From a virus (Duplodnaviria; Caudoviricetes): a stretch of DNA of 26,221 nucleotides. The translations under genes were made by a program, and so were the position numbers. Shown here in pieces: positions 7,928-16,602 of the stretch. Under the pieces are notes generated by a model. That model was not told where the DNA came from, did no database searches, and worked only from the letters and a program-made list of their open reading frames with translations. Position 1 is the first letter of the stretch, and each line of letters opens with the position of its first letter. Location of the stretch: positions 1 through 26,221 of IMG/VR virus record IMGVR_UViG_3300020420_000054. One strand, 5' to 3'.

Positions 7928-8084
7928 CTCTTTGATCCTCTCTAGGATAATAAACTTGTACAAATGATTGACATTTAGGGCAAGTAAGATTAGTTACGAT
8001 AGAGTATTCCTCTTCACATCCATAGTCTTCGGCATCAAAATCAGATCCCCAAATTAATTCAGTGTTACAATGCCAACAATTCAT
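7872..8084 (-). CDS. Small acidic zinc-ribbon protein
   Basis: CWHC...CPKC pairs; ATGA overlap with the upstream oxygenase. Confidence 0.75.
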   Translation of the reverse strand: MNCWHCNTELIWGSDFDAEDYGCEEEYSIVTNLTCPKCQSFVQVYYPREDQRDESTELATPLQEGEEATS

Positions 8085-8626
8085 CGTGCGTTAAATGCTA
8101 TGGATATTCTATCTCTATCTATACCATTTTTGACAGTTTTATGTTCTAACCAAGATGGAAATAAGATAAGAGTTCTAGATGTACAAGGGAAGTGTCTTCC
8201 TTCTTCAGTTCCCCAATGACCCATTTTAGAAAATGGTATTGGATTCATAAAAACGATACCTCCTTGTTGTGCTGTTATATTATGCCAGTATACACCAGAA
8301 ACTTTAAATCCAGAATGTGTGTGTGCGATTTGATGACTGTCCTTAGGACCTTTATTGATCCAAGATTGCTCTATACTAAGTCTAGCATCTAGTTCCCATA
8401 AACATTCATTAAAGAAATCTTCTAGATGTGGAAGTTCATACTTCTCAAACATCTTTAGATTTTTCATACCATTATGTGAACCTGTTTTTATATCTGCCCT
8501 TGCATTACGAGAGATGTGAGATAATATATCAGGGTCATCAGGTATACCCTCAACTTCACTATCGATAGCATTATCGTTGTGATGAAACACGTTGATAGTA
8601 GTAGGGAAAAGATTTACTTCTTCCAT
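8081..8626 (-). CDS. 2OG-Fe(II) oxygenase-like protein (TIGR02466 type); start reassigned to 8626
   Basis: MEEVNLFPT start coupled by TAATG. Motifs SWINK, AHTH, SGVYW, FMNP, LFPSWLEH and RISIAFN. Confidence 0.88.
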   Translation of the reverse strand: MEEVNLFPTTINVFHHNDNAIDSEVEGIPDDPDILSHISRNARADIKTGSHNGMKNLKMFEKYELPHLEDFFNECLWELDARLSIEQSWINKGPKDSHQIAHTHSGFKVSGVYWHNITAQQGGIVFMNPIPFSKMGHWGTEEGRHFPCTSRTLILFPSWLEHKTVKNGIDRDRISIAFNAR

Positions 8627-9204
8627 TATAGGGGGCGGGGTAGACTTGGAAATCTTGTATGTCGGATCTCGGAAGGGATTGACATCATAAAACTGATACT
8701 CCATCGTTCTTGGTTCTCGTGGTTAGTACGTACTTCGTGGTCTTGATAACCTGGCCAGAAATATAAATCACCTTCACGTGGTATCTGGCAGTGGGTTGCT
8801 GGCCAGTATGGTTTTATTCTACCCATTGTTTCTACAGCAGGGGCGGGATGATACATATACAAATCACCTGTATCTCCTACAGGTACGTGTAAATAATATG
8901 TTCCTGCTACATCACACTCTGCGTGATTATGACGCATTTGGTAAGCACCTTTTGGATTGATGTTTACCCAACAATGTGTGACCTCAAGGTCTGGATCAAA
9001 TAACTCTTGTTTTGATAAGAGAAAATCTTTAAACTCAGTATTTTCTATATGTATATTAGAATTGGTATGGATAGTTGAATATCCAGTACCATAGAATCTA
9101 CACAGATCTGTAGTAAATTCATCTCTACGATTTTTTAGTTTTTCTTTTAAATTCTTATGGTCTTGAAATTCACCATTAGAAGTATAAAAGGGGATGTCAA
9201 ACAT
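8626..9204 (-). CDS. 2OG-Fe(II) oxygenase-like protein (TIGR02466 type); start reassigned to 9204
   Basis: MFDIPFY start overlaps the gp46 stop. Motifs WVNIN, RHNH, AGTYY, EGDLYFWPGYQDHEV and RWSISF. Confidence 0.88.
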   Translation of the reverse strand: MFDIPFYTSNGEFQDHKNLKEKLKNRRDEFTTDLCRFYGTGYSTIHTNSNIHIENTEFKDFLLSKQELFDPDLEVTHCWVNINPKGAYQMRHNHAECDVAGTYYLHVPVGDTGDLYMYHPAPAVETMGRIKPYWPATHCQIPREGDLYFWPGYQDHEVRTNHENQERWSISFMMSIPSEIRHTRFPSLPRPL

Positions 9205-10915
9205 AGTTGATACACTTAGAAAATTCAGATGATTTATCGAATTTGATAGTTCTATCAAACTTATCTAATAGTATATCACCTTTATGAGATATAATAAACA
9301 TATTAGTTGTGTCTTGTAGTTCCTTAAGGATCTTTAAAAGTTCCTCTGTCGCACTTGTATCAAGACTAGAATCAAATACCTCATCAAGAATCAATAGATT
9401 TGTAGTGATAGAGTTCTTTATCTTAGCAATATGTCTCCAAGTGAATAGTAAAGATAAGTCGATCTTTTGTTTTTCACCTTCTGAGAATGATGAGTAAGAA
9501 AATTTATCTCTATGTCTAGATTTAATAATTTCTCTAAACTGATCATCAAGAGTAAAATTAATATAGGTATCCATAGAAGATAGATACTTATTAATTCTTT
9601 GATTGATAATAGGAATATACTTAGATATAATCTTAGATTTTATTCCACCATCTTTTAATAGTGTAGCAACTAATTTATAATCTTGTGCATCCTTATTAAC
9701 ACTAGCACAAGCTTCTTCTTTATCTTCAAAATTAGATGTCAGTTCTTGTAAAAGATTATCTTCTTTTTTAATATCTTGATTATCATTTTCTACTTCTAAT
9801 ATTTTTCTGTTATTACTATTTTGTTTTAAGAGTCTTGTCTCTTCATTATATAAACGACGTATCTCAAATTGTGTTTCAGTTAGAATACTTTGTTTTTCTT
9901 TTATAATTTTAGTTTTTTCTTCTATTGATTTTAATTGTTCTGCTAATTGTATTGATGCGTCTGACAATTCTTTTCCTTTATTAGAAAATACTTCAACCTT
10001 TTCATCTCTATGTTCTGGAGAAATAGTCTGTGCACAAGTAGGACAGGCAGTATTTGTAGTAAAGAATTTTATATCTTTCTGGATCTTTTTATTCTTCGTA
10101 TCAATAGAAGTCATAATTTTAATAGTCTGATTATAAGATGCCTGTATCTTTTTTAAATCTTTATCAATATGTTTTTCAGAATCTATTTCTTGTAATAGAA
10201 CCTCTACCTCATTATGAATCTGTGAGATACGGTCTTCATTATTATCAATCTGTAATTGTAATTCTAATTTTTGTTTATCAGTAAACTCAGTTAACTTATC
10301 AAGAGTCTTCTGTTGAGATGTGATTGCTTGCTTTGCCATCTCTAACTCGTGTTCACAATCTTTTAGTGCTTCATTATTATCCTTGACTCTATCTTTTAGT
10401 AACATATTCATATGACTAAAGACTTGAATGTCAAGTATATCCTCAATAACTTCTCTTCTATGAGGTGCTGATAATTGCATAAAGGGAACAAATGTACTAC
10501 TCCCAAGTATTACCACTTGTGTAAATGACTTGAAATTTAATTTGAGTATACTTTGTTCTAGATATTTTTGGTAATCTCTGTTAGCAGCATCTTGATCTAT
10601 GAGATTATCATTACGATATAACTCAAATAGACCTGGTTTCATACCACGTATAACTTTATATTCTACTGATCCTATACTAAATTCTATCTCAACTCTTGTT
10701 TCTCTTTCATTAATACTATTAACTAATTGTGATTTAGTGACTTTACGAAATGGTTTATTAAATAATCCAAAGCACAAAGCATCTAACATAGTACTTTTTC
10801 CAGCACCATTGTTTCCAATAATTAAAGTAGATGGAGTTTCAAGAAAATTGATTTCGGTAAATTGATTACCTGTACTCAGAAAGTTCTTCCAACGAATCCT
10901 TTCAAAAACAATCAT
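9197..10915 (-). CDS. gp46: Rad50/SbcC-like recombination endonuclease ATPase subunit
   Basis: Walker A GNNGAGKS, coiled coil with CPTC zinc hook, signature FSEGE, Walker B LILDEVFD and ISH. Confidence 0.96.
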   Translation of the reverse strand: MIVFERIRWKNFLSTGNQFTEINFLETPSTLIIGNNGAGKSTMLDALCFGLFNKPFRKVTKSQLVNSINERETRVEIEFSIGSVEYKVIRGMKPGLFELYRNDNLIDQDAANRDYQKYLEQSILKLNFKSFTQVVILGSSTFVPFMQLSAPHRREVIEDILDIQVFSHMNMLLKDRVKDNNEALKDCEHELEMAKQAITSQQKTLDKLTEFTDKQKLELQLQIDNNEDRISQIHNEVEVLLQEIDSEKHIDKDLKKIQASYNQTIKIMTSIDTKNKKIQKDIKFFTTNTACPTCAQTISPEHRDEKVEVFSNKGKELSDASIQLAEQLKSIEEKTKIIKEKQSILTETQFEIRRLYNEETRLLKQNSNNRKILEVENDNQDIKKEDNLLQELTSNFEDKEEACASVNKDAQDYKLVATLLKDGGIKSKIISKYIPIINQRINKYLSSMDTYINFTLDDQFREIIKSRHRDKFSYSSFSEGEKQKIDLSLLFTWRHIAKIKNSITTNLLILDEVFDSSLDTSATEELLKILKELQDTTNMFIISHKGDILLDKFDRTIKFDKSSEFSKCINYV

Positions 10916-10992
10916 TAATTATGTGGGTCGTAATAACGAATTAGAAATGCAGTGGCAGCAATAACCACTACGACAATAACGAGAGCAATCAT
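10915..10992 (-). CDS. 25-aa membrane micropeptide (MIALVIVVVVIAATAFLIRYYDPHN)
   Basis: Fills the gap exactly, with an ATGA overlap upstream and a TAATG overlap into gp46; 18-residue hydrophobic run. Confidence 0.7.
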   Translation of the reverse strand: MIALVIVVVVIAATAFLIRYYDPHN

Positions 10993-11240
10993 AAAGGTGG
11001 GACTACAAGTTCATCTGGTTCAATAAAAGCATACCTATAATTGTGAGCTTCACAGTTTGCGATTACCGATTCTTCATCGATGTCTGTAATCATTAAGTCA
11101 CGTTTATAATCATTAGCTTCCAATAATCCATAATAGCGTAAAGCGTCATCTTTGTCAACAAAAATTTGCACAACTTTATTTTTGAGTTCGTCTTCGACAG
11201 CGTATACTCCTTTAGTTCTTTTATCGCAGAGTATGTACAT
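10989..11240 (-). CDS. DUF3110-like hypothetical protein
   Basis: FVDKDDALRYYGLLEANDY and VVPP resemble the cyanobacterial DUF3110 pattern from memory; TAATG-coupled to gp47. Confidence 0.6.
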   Translation of the reverse strand: MYILCDKRTKGVYAVEDELKNKVVQIFVDKDDALRYYGLLEANDYKRDLMITDIDEESVIANCEAHNYRYAFIEPDELVVPPL

Positions 11241-12286
11241 TATAGGTCTATTGCTTCTAGGTACAGGGTTTTTAAAATTTTTACAACAGATGTTTTATCT
11301 ACTGTTTCTTCTAGGTCATCAACATATCTTTCAAGTATTGTCATAGTATCTTCTGACTCTAGTGATTCATCTGCTTCATCTAGTTCAACAGTGATGTCTT
11401 CTATGATTTTTAAATCTGCAACATCAGCATTATGTAATGATTTTACCATCCTATCAAACCATAACTGATTTTCTCTTTTTAATACAATCAGTTTAACGTA
11501 TGATCCTTTCAGTTTTGTAAAGTCTGGTATTTCTGTATAGTCGTTACTAACATCATCGTACCAAAGTTTATTGAATATATGATGTGGGTTTGTGTAGAAT
11601 GTTAATTTCTTATTGTTAGTATTTAGGACGTGGAAACCTCTCTTCTGACCGTAATCGTTCCAGTAGAGTTGATAAGGATTACCGAGATAGTTTACATTTC
11701 CTATTCTAGATTTCATATGGTAGTGACCACTACATACTAAATCAAATTTTTCATAACGTGTAGGATCTTCTCCGTGTTCCATAACTCTACCAGGTACTGC
11801 TTCAAATCCTGATAGTTCTAAATGTCCGAAACACACTGGGGCATCTGTGTTTTCAACAATATTATCAATCTCTTTTTTATTGTCATCACATATCCAAGGA
11901 AGCATTAAAATTTTAAGTCCATCATATTCTAAGTGTTGTGCATCATTAATAATATTAATATTGTCATACTCACCTAGTAAGTGATCAAGAGCATTTACTT
12001 TTAAAGTATTCTTATAATAGATATCGTGATTACCGATCAAAGTATCCATAGTAATACCTCTATCTCTCAGAGGATCGAACCACATTTTACGTGCAGCATC
12101 TAGAGATAAGAAGTTTATACTTTTTCTTTTATCAAACACATCACCAAGACATATAATATGTTCAATTTTATTCTTATCAATAAATGGTAGAACAGTTTCA
12201 CTATAAAATTCTTGATACTTTTCTATAAAAACTTGATTATCATTACGCACACCAAAGTGCTGATCTGTAATAAGAAGGATCTTCAT
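11240..12286 (-). CDS. gp47: Mre11/SbcD-like recombination nuclease subunit
   Basis: Metallophosphoesterase motifs DQHFG, GDVFD, GNHD and SGHYH; upstream of gp46. Confidence 0.96.
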   Translation of the reverse strand: MKILLITDQHFGVRNDNQVFIEKYQEFYSETVLPFIDKNKIEHIICLGDVFDKRKSINFLSLDAARKMWFDPLRDRGITMDTLIGNHDIYYKNTLKVNALDHLLGEYDNINIINDAQHLEYDGLKILMLPWICDDNKKEIDNIVENTDAPVCFGHLELSGFEAVPGRVMEHGEDPTRYEKFDLVCSGHYHMKSRIGNVNYLGNPYQLYWNDYGQKRGFHVLNTNNKKLTFYTNPHHIFNKLWYDDVSNDYTEIPDFTKLKGSYVKLIVLKRENQLWFDRMVKSLHNADVADLKIIEDITVELDEADESLESEDTMTILERYVDDLEETVDKTSVVKILKTLYLEAIDL

Positions 12287-12507
12287 TTAATAAATTCTTT
12301 TTTTTCGTAATCAAATCTAGGATGAGGTTGAGCAGGAACCCAAGGTTTCTTAGATTCGTTTGCAATAACAATAAATCTATCAGCAGCAAATGTTCCTGCT
12401 ATACTGATCTTGATGTCATCACCATCTACCCAATTAATTGTACCATCTTTTTTGGTATGTAGCATTAACTCCTGTATCTTGTCAATCATTTCTTGTGTTA
12501 GTTTCAT
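12283..12507 (-). CDS. Hypothetical protein (74 aa, MKLTQEMIDKIQE...)
   Basis: ATGA overlaps at both ends when the start is placed at 12507. Confidence 0.7.
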   Translation of the reverse strand: MKLTQEMIDKIQELMLHTKKDGTINWVDGDDIKISIAGTFAADRFIVIANESKKPWVPAQPHPRFDYEKKEFIK

Positions 12508-12785
12508 CTGTTCTTCCACCTCGGTAAATAAAAAATTAAGAAAGATCCAATCCAAAAGATTGAGAGTACTGATATGTGCATCAATCTATTAGAATTGACT
12601 ATCAGTCCTAAAGTTACAAGTCCTATCCAAGTATAATCTAATGTACCGTGTAATCGATACCAGATATTCTCGCCAAGTTTTTTTATAACCTTATCTCTAA
12701 GTCTAGCAAATAAAGGAGAAACGTGTCGCATCATAACAAATCCTTCATTGAAGAACATAATAGTAAATCCAATCCAGAATATCAT
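12504..12785 (-). CDS. Hypothetical membrane protein
   Basis: Two to three hydrophobic segments; ATGA coupling on both sides. Confidence 0.7.
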   Translation of the reverse strand: MIFWIGFTIMFFNEGFVMMRHVSPLFARLRDKVIKKLGENIWYRLHGTLDYTWIGLVTLGLIVNSNRLMHISVLSIFWIGSFLIFYLPRWKNR

Positions 12786-12979
12786 TGTAGTCCCTCACCC
12801 ATTATATTTTCTGGTTCCTTTGGATAACCAATTCTATCTAAAAGTTTTTTAGGAACTTCTTTCTTAGCAATATCATAAGGTATGGGTGCATTACATAAAC
12901 ATACTCTTATACATTCTAATTCTTCTTCATCTAATGGTAGTACAATACCATTCTCTGTTCTTGATGTTGGCAGTGTCAT
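12782..12979 (-). CDS. Hypothetical protein (65 aa)
   Basis: Overlaps the gp55 stop and the next gene's start; fills the operon. Confidence 0.6.
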   Translation of the reverse strand: MTLPTSRTENGIVLPLDEEELECIRVCLCNAPIPYDIAKKEVPKKLLDRIGYPKEPENIMGEGLQ

Positions 12980-13467
12980 TTACTTTTAGAATTCATTTCA
13001 ATTCTAGTCTTTATACTATTAAGTTCTGCTGAATTAGTTTTATCATCTGTATGAAATATCTGATCGAATCCTGACTTCTCTATAATCTTATCCTTAATAT
13101 CCATCTGTCTTTTTTCTTTTGCAATACGTCTTAGAAAAGCATAATACACTATCTGTGTAAAATATGCAAATGGATTTTTAGATTTAGATGGATCGAAGTT
13201 ATCAATATACTGTACACAATTTTCTACACCATCGGATATCATATCCTCTTTATACATATAGTTTATGAAGTTAGGTCTATATGATAGGTGTGTTGCTATT
13301 TTTAAAAAACAATCTCCTACGTATTCTGGTATCCTAGGTTTCTTTCTTTCCCTAATTTTGGCACTCTCTACCTTATTACGATACTCAATTATTGCTTTGA
13401 GAAACTTTTGGTTATCGACATAGTGTTGATTTTTTGTGTTACGTCTAGGTGCCATTGCGGTGGGCAT
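12976..13467 (-). CDS. gp55: Late-transcription sigma factor
   Basis: HYVDNQKF, LSYRPNFINY, DMISDGVENC and NPFAYFTQIVYYAFLRRI are gp55 hallmarks; lies upstream of gp47/gp46. Confidence 0.95.
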   Translation of the reverse strand: MPTAMAPRRNTKNQHYVDNQKFLKAIIEYRNKVESAKIRERKKPRIPEYVGDCFLKIATHLSYRPNFINYMYKEDMISDGVENCVQYIDNFDPSKSKNPFAYFTQIVYYAFLRRIAKEKRQMDIKDKIIEKSGFDQIFHTDDKTNSAELNSIKTRIEMNSKSK

Positions 13468-13493
13468 AGGATATTAGTTATTCCAATGAGTTT

Positions 13494-13522
13494 AGTATAG
13501 TTGATATACCGTACTATGTCAA
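13494..13522 (-). promoter_or_regulatory. sigma70 promoter for the gp55 operon
   Basis: TTGACA (13522-13517), 17-nt spacer, TATACT (13499-13494). Confidence 0.85.
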
Positions 13523-13538
13523 GGAATAATAACAGGGG

Positions 13539-13567
13539 TTGACAACATATAAAATTATATGTACAAT
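13539..13567 (+). promoter_or_regulatory. Divergent (antisense) sigma70 promoter with a palindromic spacer
   Basis: TTGACA (13539-13544), 17-nt spacer, TACAAT (13562-13567), with the inverted repeat ACATATAA-AA-TTATATGT (13545-13562). Confidence 0.7.
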
Positions 13568-13594
13568 CAACACTGTAGGGTTGCTCAAAGGATA

Positions 13595-14047
13595 TTAGCT
13601 CTTAAATAAATCTTCTAATTTCTTTCTTGCTTCTTCAACTGTTCCAATATATCCTTGTTTATAATTTAACTCACTAGGTTCTGATAATATATCTGGTGCC
13701 ATAGGACTTCCTTTTTTCTTAGGTCCTAGTTCTTGTTTGACAAAGAACTGATACATTATAGTTGCGTCAGCAGATAGCGGGGCGACGGTCAAAATTTTAT
13801 CTTCAGCAACAATATAGAAATCTTCATCAGAGAATACCATCCATCTCTTCAAACCAACTGCTACTGCTGGTTTTCCTTGAGCAGCAGTGTCATAGGAATG
13901 AACTAGAGCAGGGTCTTGAATGAAAGCAAGTGTAGTTCCATTCTCATCTGTCACAATTATACGACCAATGACTTCCTCGCCACTAACCAGTTTAAGAATT
14001 CCATAGAACTCTTCATCGGTTTTTATATAATTGAGTGAGTTACCCAT
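13595..14047 (-). CDS. Conserved T4-like phage hypothetical protein (possible Sm-like fold)
   Basis: ILKLVSGEEVIG N-terminal motif; lies between uvsW and gp55. Confidence 0.75.
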   Translation of the reverse strand: MGNSLNYIKTDEEFYGILKLVSGEEVIGRIIVTDENGTTLAFIQDPALVHSYDTAAQGKPAVAVGLKRWMVFSDEDFYIVAEDKILTVAPLSADATIMYQFFVKQELGPKKKGSPMAPDILSEPSELNYKQGYIGTVEEARKKLEDLFKS

Positions 14048-15530
14048 CCGTGTCTCCTAGTTTGATTTCTGTAATTGAATAATTGAATCTTTCTTGTTTA
14101 TAAATCTTGATTCTCTCTTTCAAATGATTCAGAGTAATGTTCCTGTAATGTTCATTACTAAAATCATCAGCAAAATCATATAAGGTAGCCTGTGCTTTAC
14201 TATCGTGTGTACGTAGTGCCCTTCCTATAGATTGTAAATTTCGCACTCTACTCTTCATAGGTGATGCGAATATAATGTTATGCAGGTTCTTAATGTTGAT
14301 ACCAGTGCTAAAGGTACCATAAGATGCGAGGATGATTGCATTGCTATTGTGTTCGCAAAGTTCCCTCACCTTTTCACGTTCTTCGGCAGCAACGCCACCG
14401 TGAATAAAAAACAACTGCTTTTGTGTATCAGTATGTTTCAGTTTGTTAATACTATTTAGCAATTCCCAAAGTGGTTCTCCGTGTTTCTCTACAAAATTGA
14501 ACAGGATCAATGTATTGTTAGCGATATCAAGGGATAGTTTACAGATAATTTTATTCCTTCTGCGGTGTTCTATTATCTTGTTTATCTCTTCTTGATAGTC
14601 CTCGAAGAAAATAGTATCGTGTCTACACAGTAAAATATTTATTTTAAGATCAGATAGATAACCATCTTTCTGTAGTTCGGATGTACGTACTGTTCTTTCT
14701 ACTGAACCGAACATACCTTCTAACATTAACTGATGACATTGCAAACCATCTAACGTTCCTGTCAAACCGAAACGATACTTAGCATCATAACATTTATTTA
14801 AAATTCCAGTCAGTGACTTACTTTTATATTGGTGTGCTTCATCTCCTATTATAACATCAAACCTTTTAAAGAACTGTGGATCTTCTTTGTATATTGATTG
14901 CCACGTAGATATTATTACTGGATATTCTTGCCATTGATCTCTACCACCCATACCACCATATATTCTTCCTACTTGTTTTGAATACCATCTATAGGTTTTA
15001 AAGTCTTTATATAATTGCTCTACTAAAGAAATACTTGGTACTACAATTAGTATCTGTTTCTCTCTTTTAAGATACCAACGTACTAAAACATATATTATAA
15101 GTGACTTTCCTGATCCTGTGGGAGAGAGTAATAGTCTGCGGTGATTGCGAAGTGCTGAATAAATTGCTCCGAGTTGGTAATCTCTTGCCTTGAAAGGCAA
15201 ACCCAAAGATCTAACAAAACTCTTAACTGTCTCTTGTGATATGCTTGCGTCAAATTCATCGGGGTCTCCGTATTCACTGTCCTCGATCTTATAATCATAT
15301 CCCATTTTTTGCAACCATTCTATTAGATATGGATACAAACCTACATATAATTCTCCTGTACCTGGTGAATACAAACGAATCTTTCCATCCCATCTACGAT
15401 ATCTTTTACGTTTCTGTAAATACTTTGCTTCTGGAACTTCAAAACTAAAGTACTCACTCAACTCGTGATGGATGTGCATCTCTGCACCTACCCGAAGGTA
15501 GATCTCATTTTTCTTTTCAATAGAAACCAT
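14040..15530 (-). CDS. uvsW: SF2 RNA-DNA/DNA helicase
   Basis: RDYQ, PTGSGKS, DEAH, GLTGT and QSIGRALR motifs; adjacent to uvsY. Confidence 0.95.
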   Translation of the reverse strand: MVSIEKKNEIYLRVGAEMHIHHELSEYFSFEVPEAKYLQKRKRYRRWDGKIRLYSPGTGELYVGLYPYLIEWLQKMGYDYKIEDSEYGDPDEFDASISQETVKSFVRSLGLPFKARDYQLGAIYSALRNHRRLLLSPTGSGKSLIIYVLVRWYLKREKQILIVVPSISLVEQLYKDFKTYRWYSKQVGRIYGGMGGRDQWQEYPVIISTWQSIYKEDPQFFKRFDVIIGDEAHQYKSKSLTGILNKCYDAKYRFGLTGTLDGLQCHQLMLEGMFGSVERTVRTSELQKDGYLSDLKINILLCRHDTIFFEDYQEEINKIIEHRRRNKIICKLSLDIANNTLILFNFVEKHGEPLWELLNSINKLKHTDTQKQLFFIHGGVAAEEREKVRELCEHNSNAIILASYGTFSTGINIKNLHNIIFASPMKSRVRNLQSIGRALRTHDSKAQATLYDFADDFSNEHYRNITLNHLKERIKIYKQERFNYSITEIKLGDTDG

Positions 15531-15952
15531 TATACAGGGAACTCAAAACGCTTGGCATCAATAGCGTTTTTCACTTGGAAACCTCTGCTATTAATCATTT
15601 TGAGTATTGCCTCAATATAATTTATGCAAGTTTCAAAGTATGTTATTTTGAGTTGTTGTCGTTGTATATCTTTATCCGATTCAAGGAAGGTATTGATATC
15701 ACCTTTTAAAATCTTGTGGTCAAAGTATTCCCCATTGATATCAGGACCTTTGCCATTGTAATACATCCACTTAGATTTCCATAGAGTCTTGAGTTTACAT
15801 TTCTCATCCTCTATTACTAATTTGTATTTGTTGTAATATACGTGGTACTTCTGGTGCAGTGACGGTACCTTTAATGATTCAGATCCTAAATCTAACTCAT
15901 CAAATATACAATCTTTTGACCACTGCTCCTGAAGATCTTCAAGGAGTGCCAT
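15530..15952 (-). CDS. uvsY: Recombination mediator
   Basis: 140 aa, LHQKY, YYNGK and RGFQVKNAID C-terminus; synteny gp3-uvsY-uvsW. Confidence 0.9.
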   Translation of the reverse strand: MALLEDLQEQWSKDCIFDELDLGSESLKVPSLHQKYHVYYNKYKLVIEDEKCKLKTLWKSKWMYYNGKGPDINGEYFDHKILKGDINTFLESDKDIQRQQLKITYFETCINYIEAILKMINSRGFQVKNAIDAKRFEFPV

Positions 15953-15955
15953 AGT

Positions 15956-16516
15956 TTATTTCAGAGTGGTTTTCCTCGTACCTGTTAATCCTTGAATTTC
16001 GTAACTAAGATAATCAAATGTTACAACCGCTTGGAAGAATTCTTGAGCATCAAGAGTTGCGTCAAACTCAAGTGTACTGAGGGATGTTGGTTTCAGATCT
16101 TTAAAGACTACGTTGAAGTTAGGTTGAAAATTACTATTCAATACAGTAAGAGTTCCATCTGCAAATAACAAATCACCAATTTCTTTTGCTGGTAAGTTAG
16201 TTTCTATGCCTGTTTCAAAGTCCTGTCTGTCCTTAAAACTATCAGGAACACCAAGTCCTCTCATCCAGTTATGAATGATTAGATAGTTTTCTAGATCTTC
16301 ATCTACAAGAAATTGTAAAGTAAAAGATCCATACTCCAATATACCGTCAACAAATGCAGGACGGAATGGAGTGTCCTGTTGAACAAGACCCATATTGATC
16401 TGTGGTATATTTGCCTGTTGTGCTAAGTAAGGCACTTTTGGAAATTTACCAATGGTAAAACGGAAACCACCTGGTGAAAGGAAATTCCTATTGCTAATTT
16501 GTGAAGCGAAAGACAT
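15956..16516 (-). CDS. gp3: Tail tube terminator / tail completion protein
   Basis: NFLSP, ANIP, FLVDEDLENY..IHNW and PTSLS motifs; located after gp23. Confidence 0.88.
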   Translation of the reverse strand: MSFASQISNRNFLSPGGFRFTIGKFPKVPYLAQQANIPQINMGLVQQDTPFRPAFVDGILEYGSFTLQFLVDEDLENYLIIHNWMRGLGVPDSFKDRQDFETGIETNLPAKEIGDLLFADGTLTVLNSNFQPNFNVVFKDLKPTSLSTLEFDATLDAQEFFQAVVTFDYLSYEIQGLTGTRKTTLK

Positions 16517-16543
16517 TGACTATATTAGTGTTCTCCGTATTAT

Positions 16544-16550
16544 TATTTAG
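16544..16550 (-). promoter_or_regulatory. Late promoter (CTAAATA) for gp3
   Basis: TAAATA core in the intergenic gap, just downstream of the gp23 terminator and upstream of a GGAG RBS. Confidence 0.7.
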
Positions 16551-16554
16551 GCAT

Positions 16555-16580
16555 AAAAAAAGAGACCCAATAGGGTCTCT
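16555..16580 (-). terminator. Intrinsic terminator after gp23
   Basis: AGAGACCC-TATT-GGGTCTCT followed by T6. Confidence 0.9.
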
Positions 16581-16602
16581 CTGTAATATATAAGCGACTC
16601 GC

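Noticed and set aside
8626-9258. Longer starts given by the track (8704, 9258; also 4257, 7963, 12555)
   Set aside because: They create long overlaps with upstream genes or regulatory elements. Downstream starts give clean coupling overlaps or family-typical N-termini.
13595-13620. C-terminal LEDLFKS as a clamp-binding motif
   Set aside because: It sits at the end of a probable amphipathic helix (EEARKKLEDLF) with no flexible linker; too weak to call alone.
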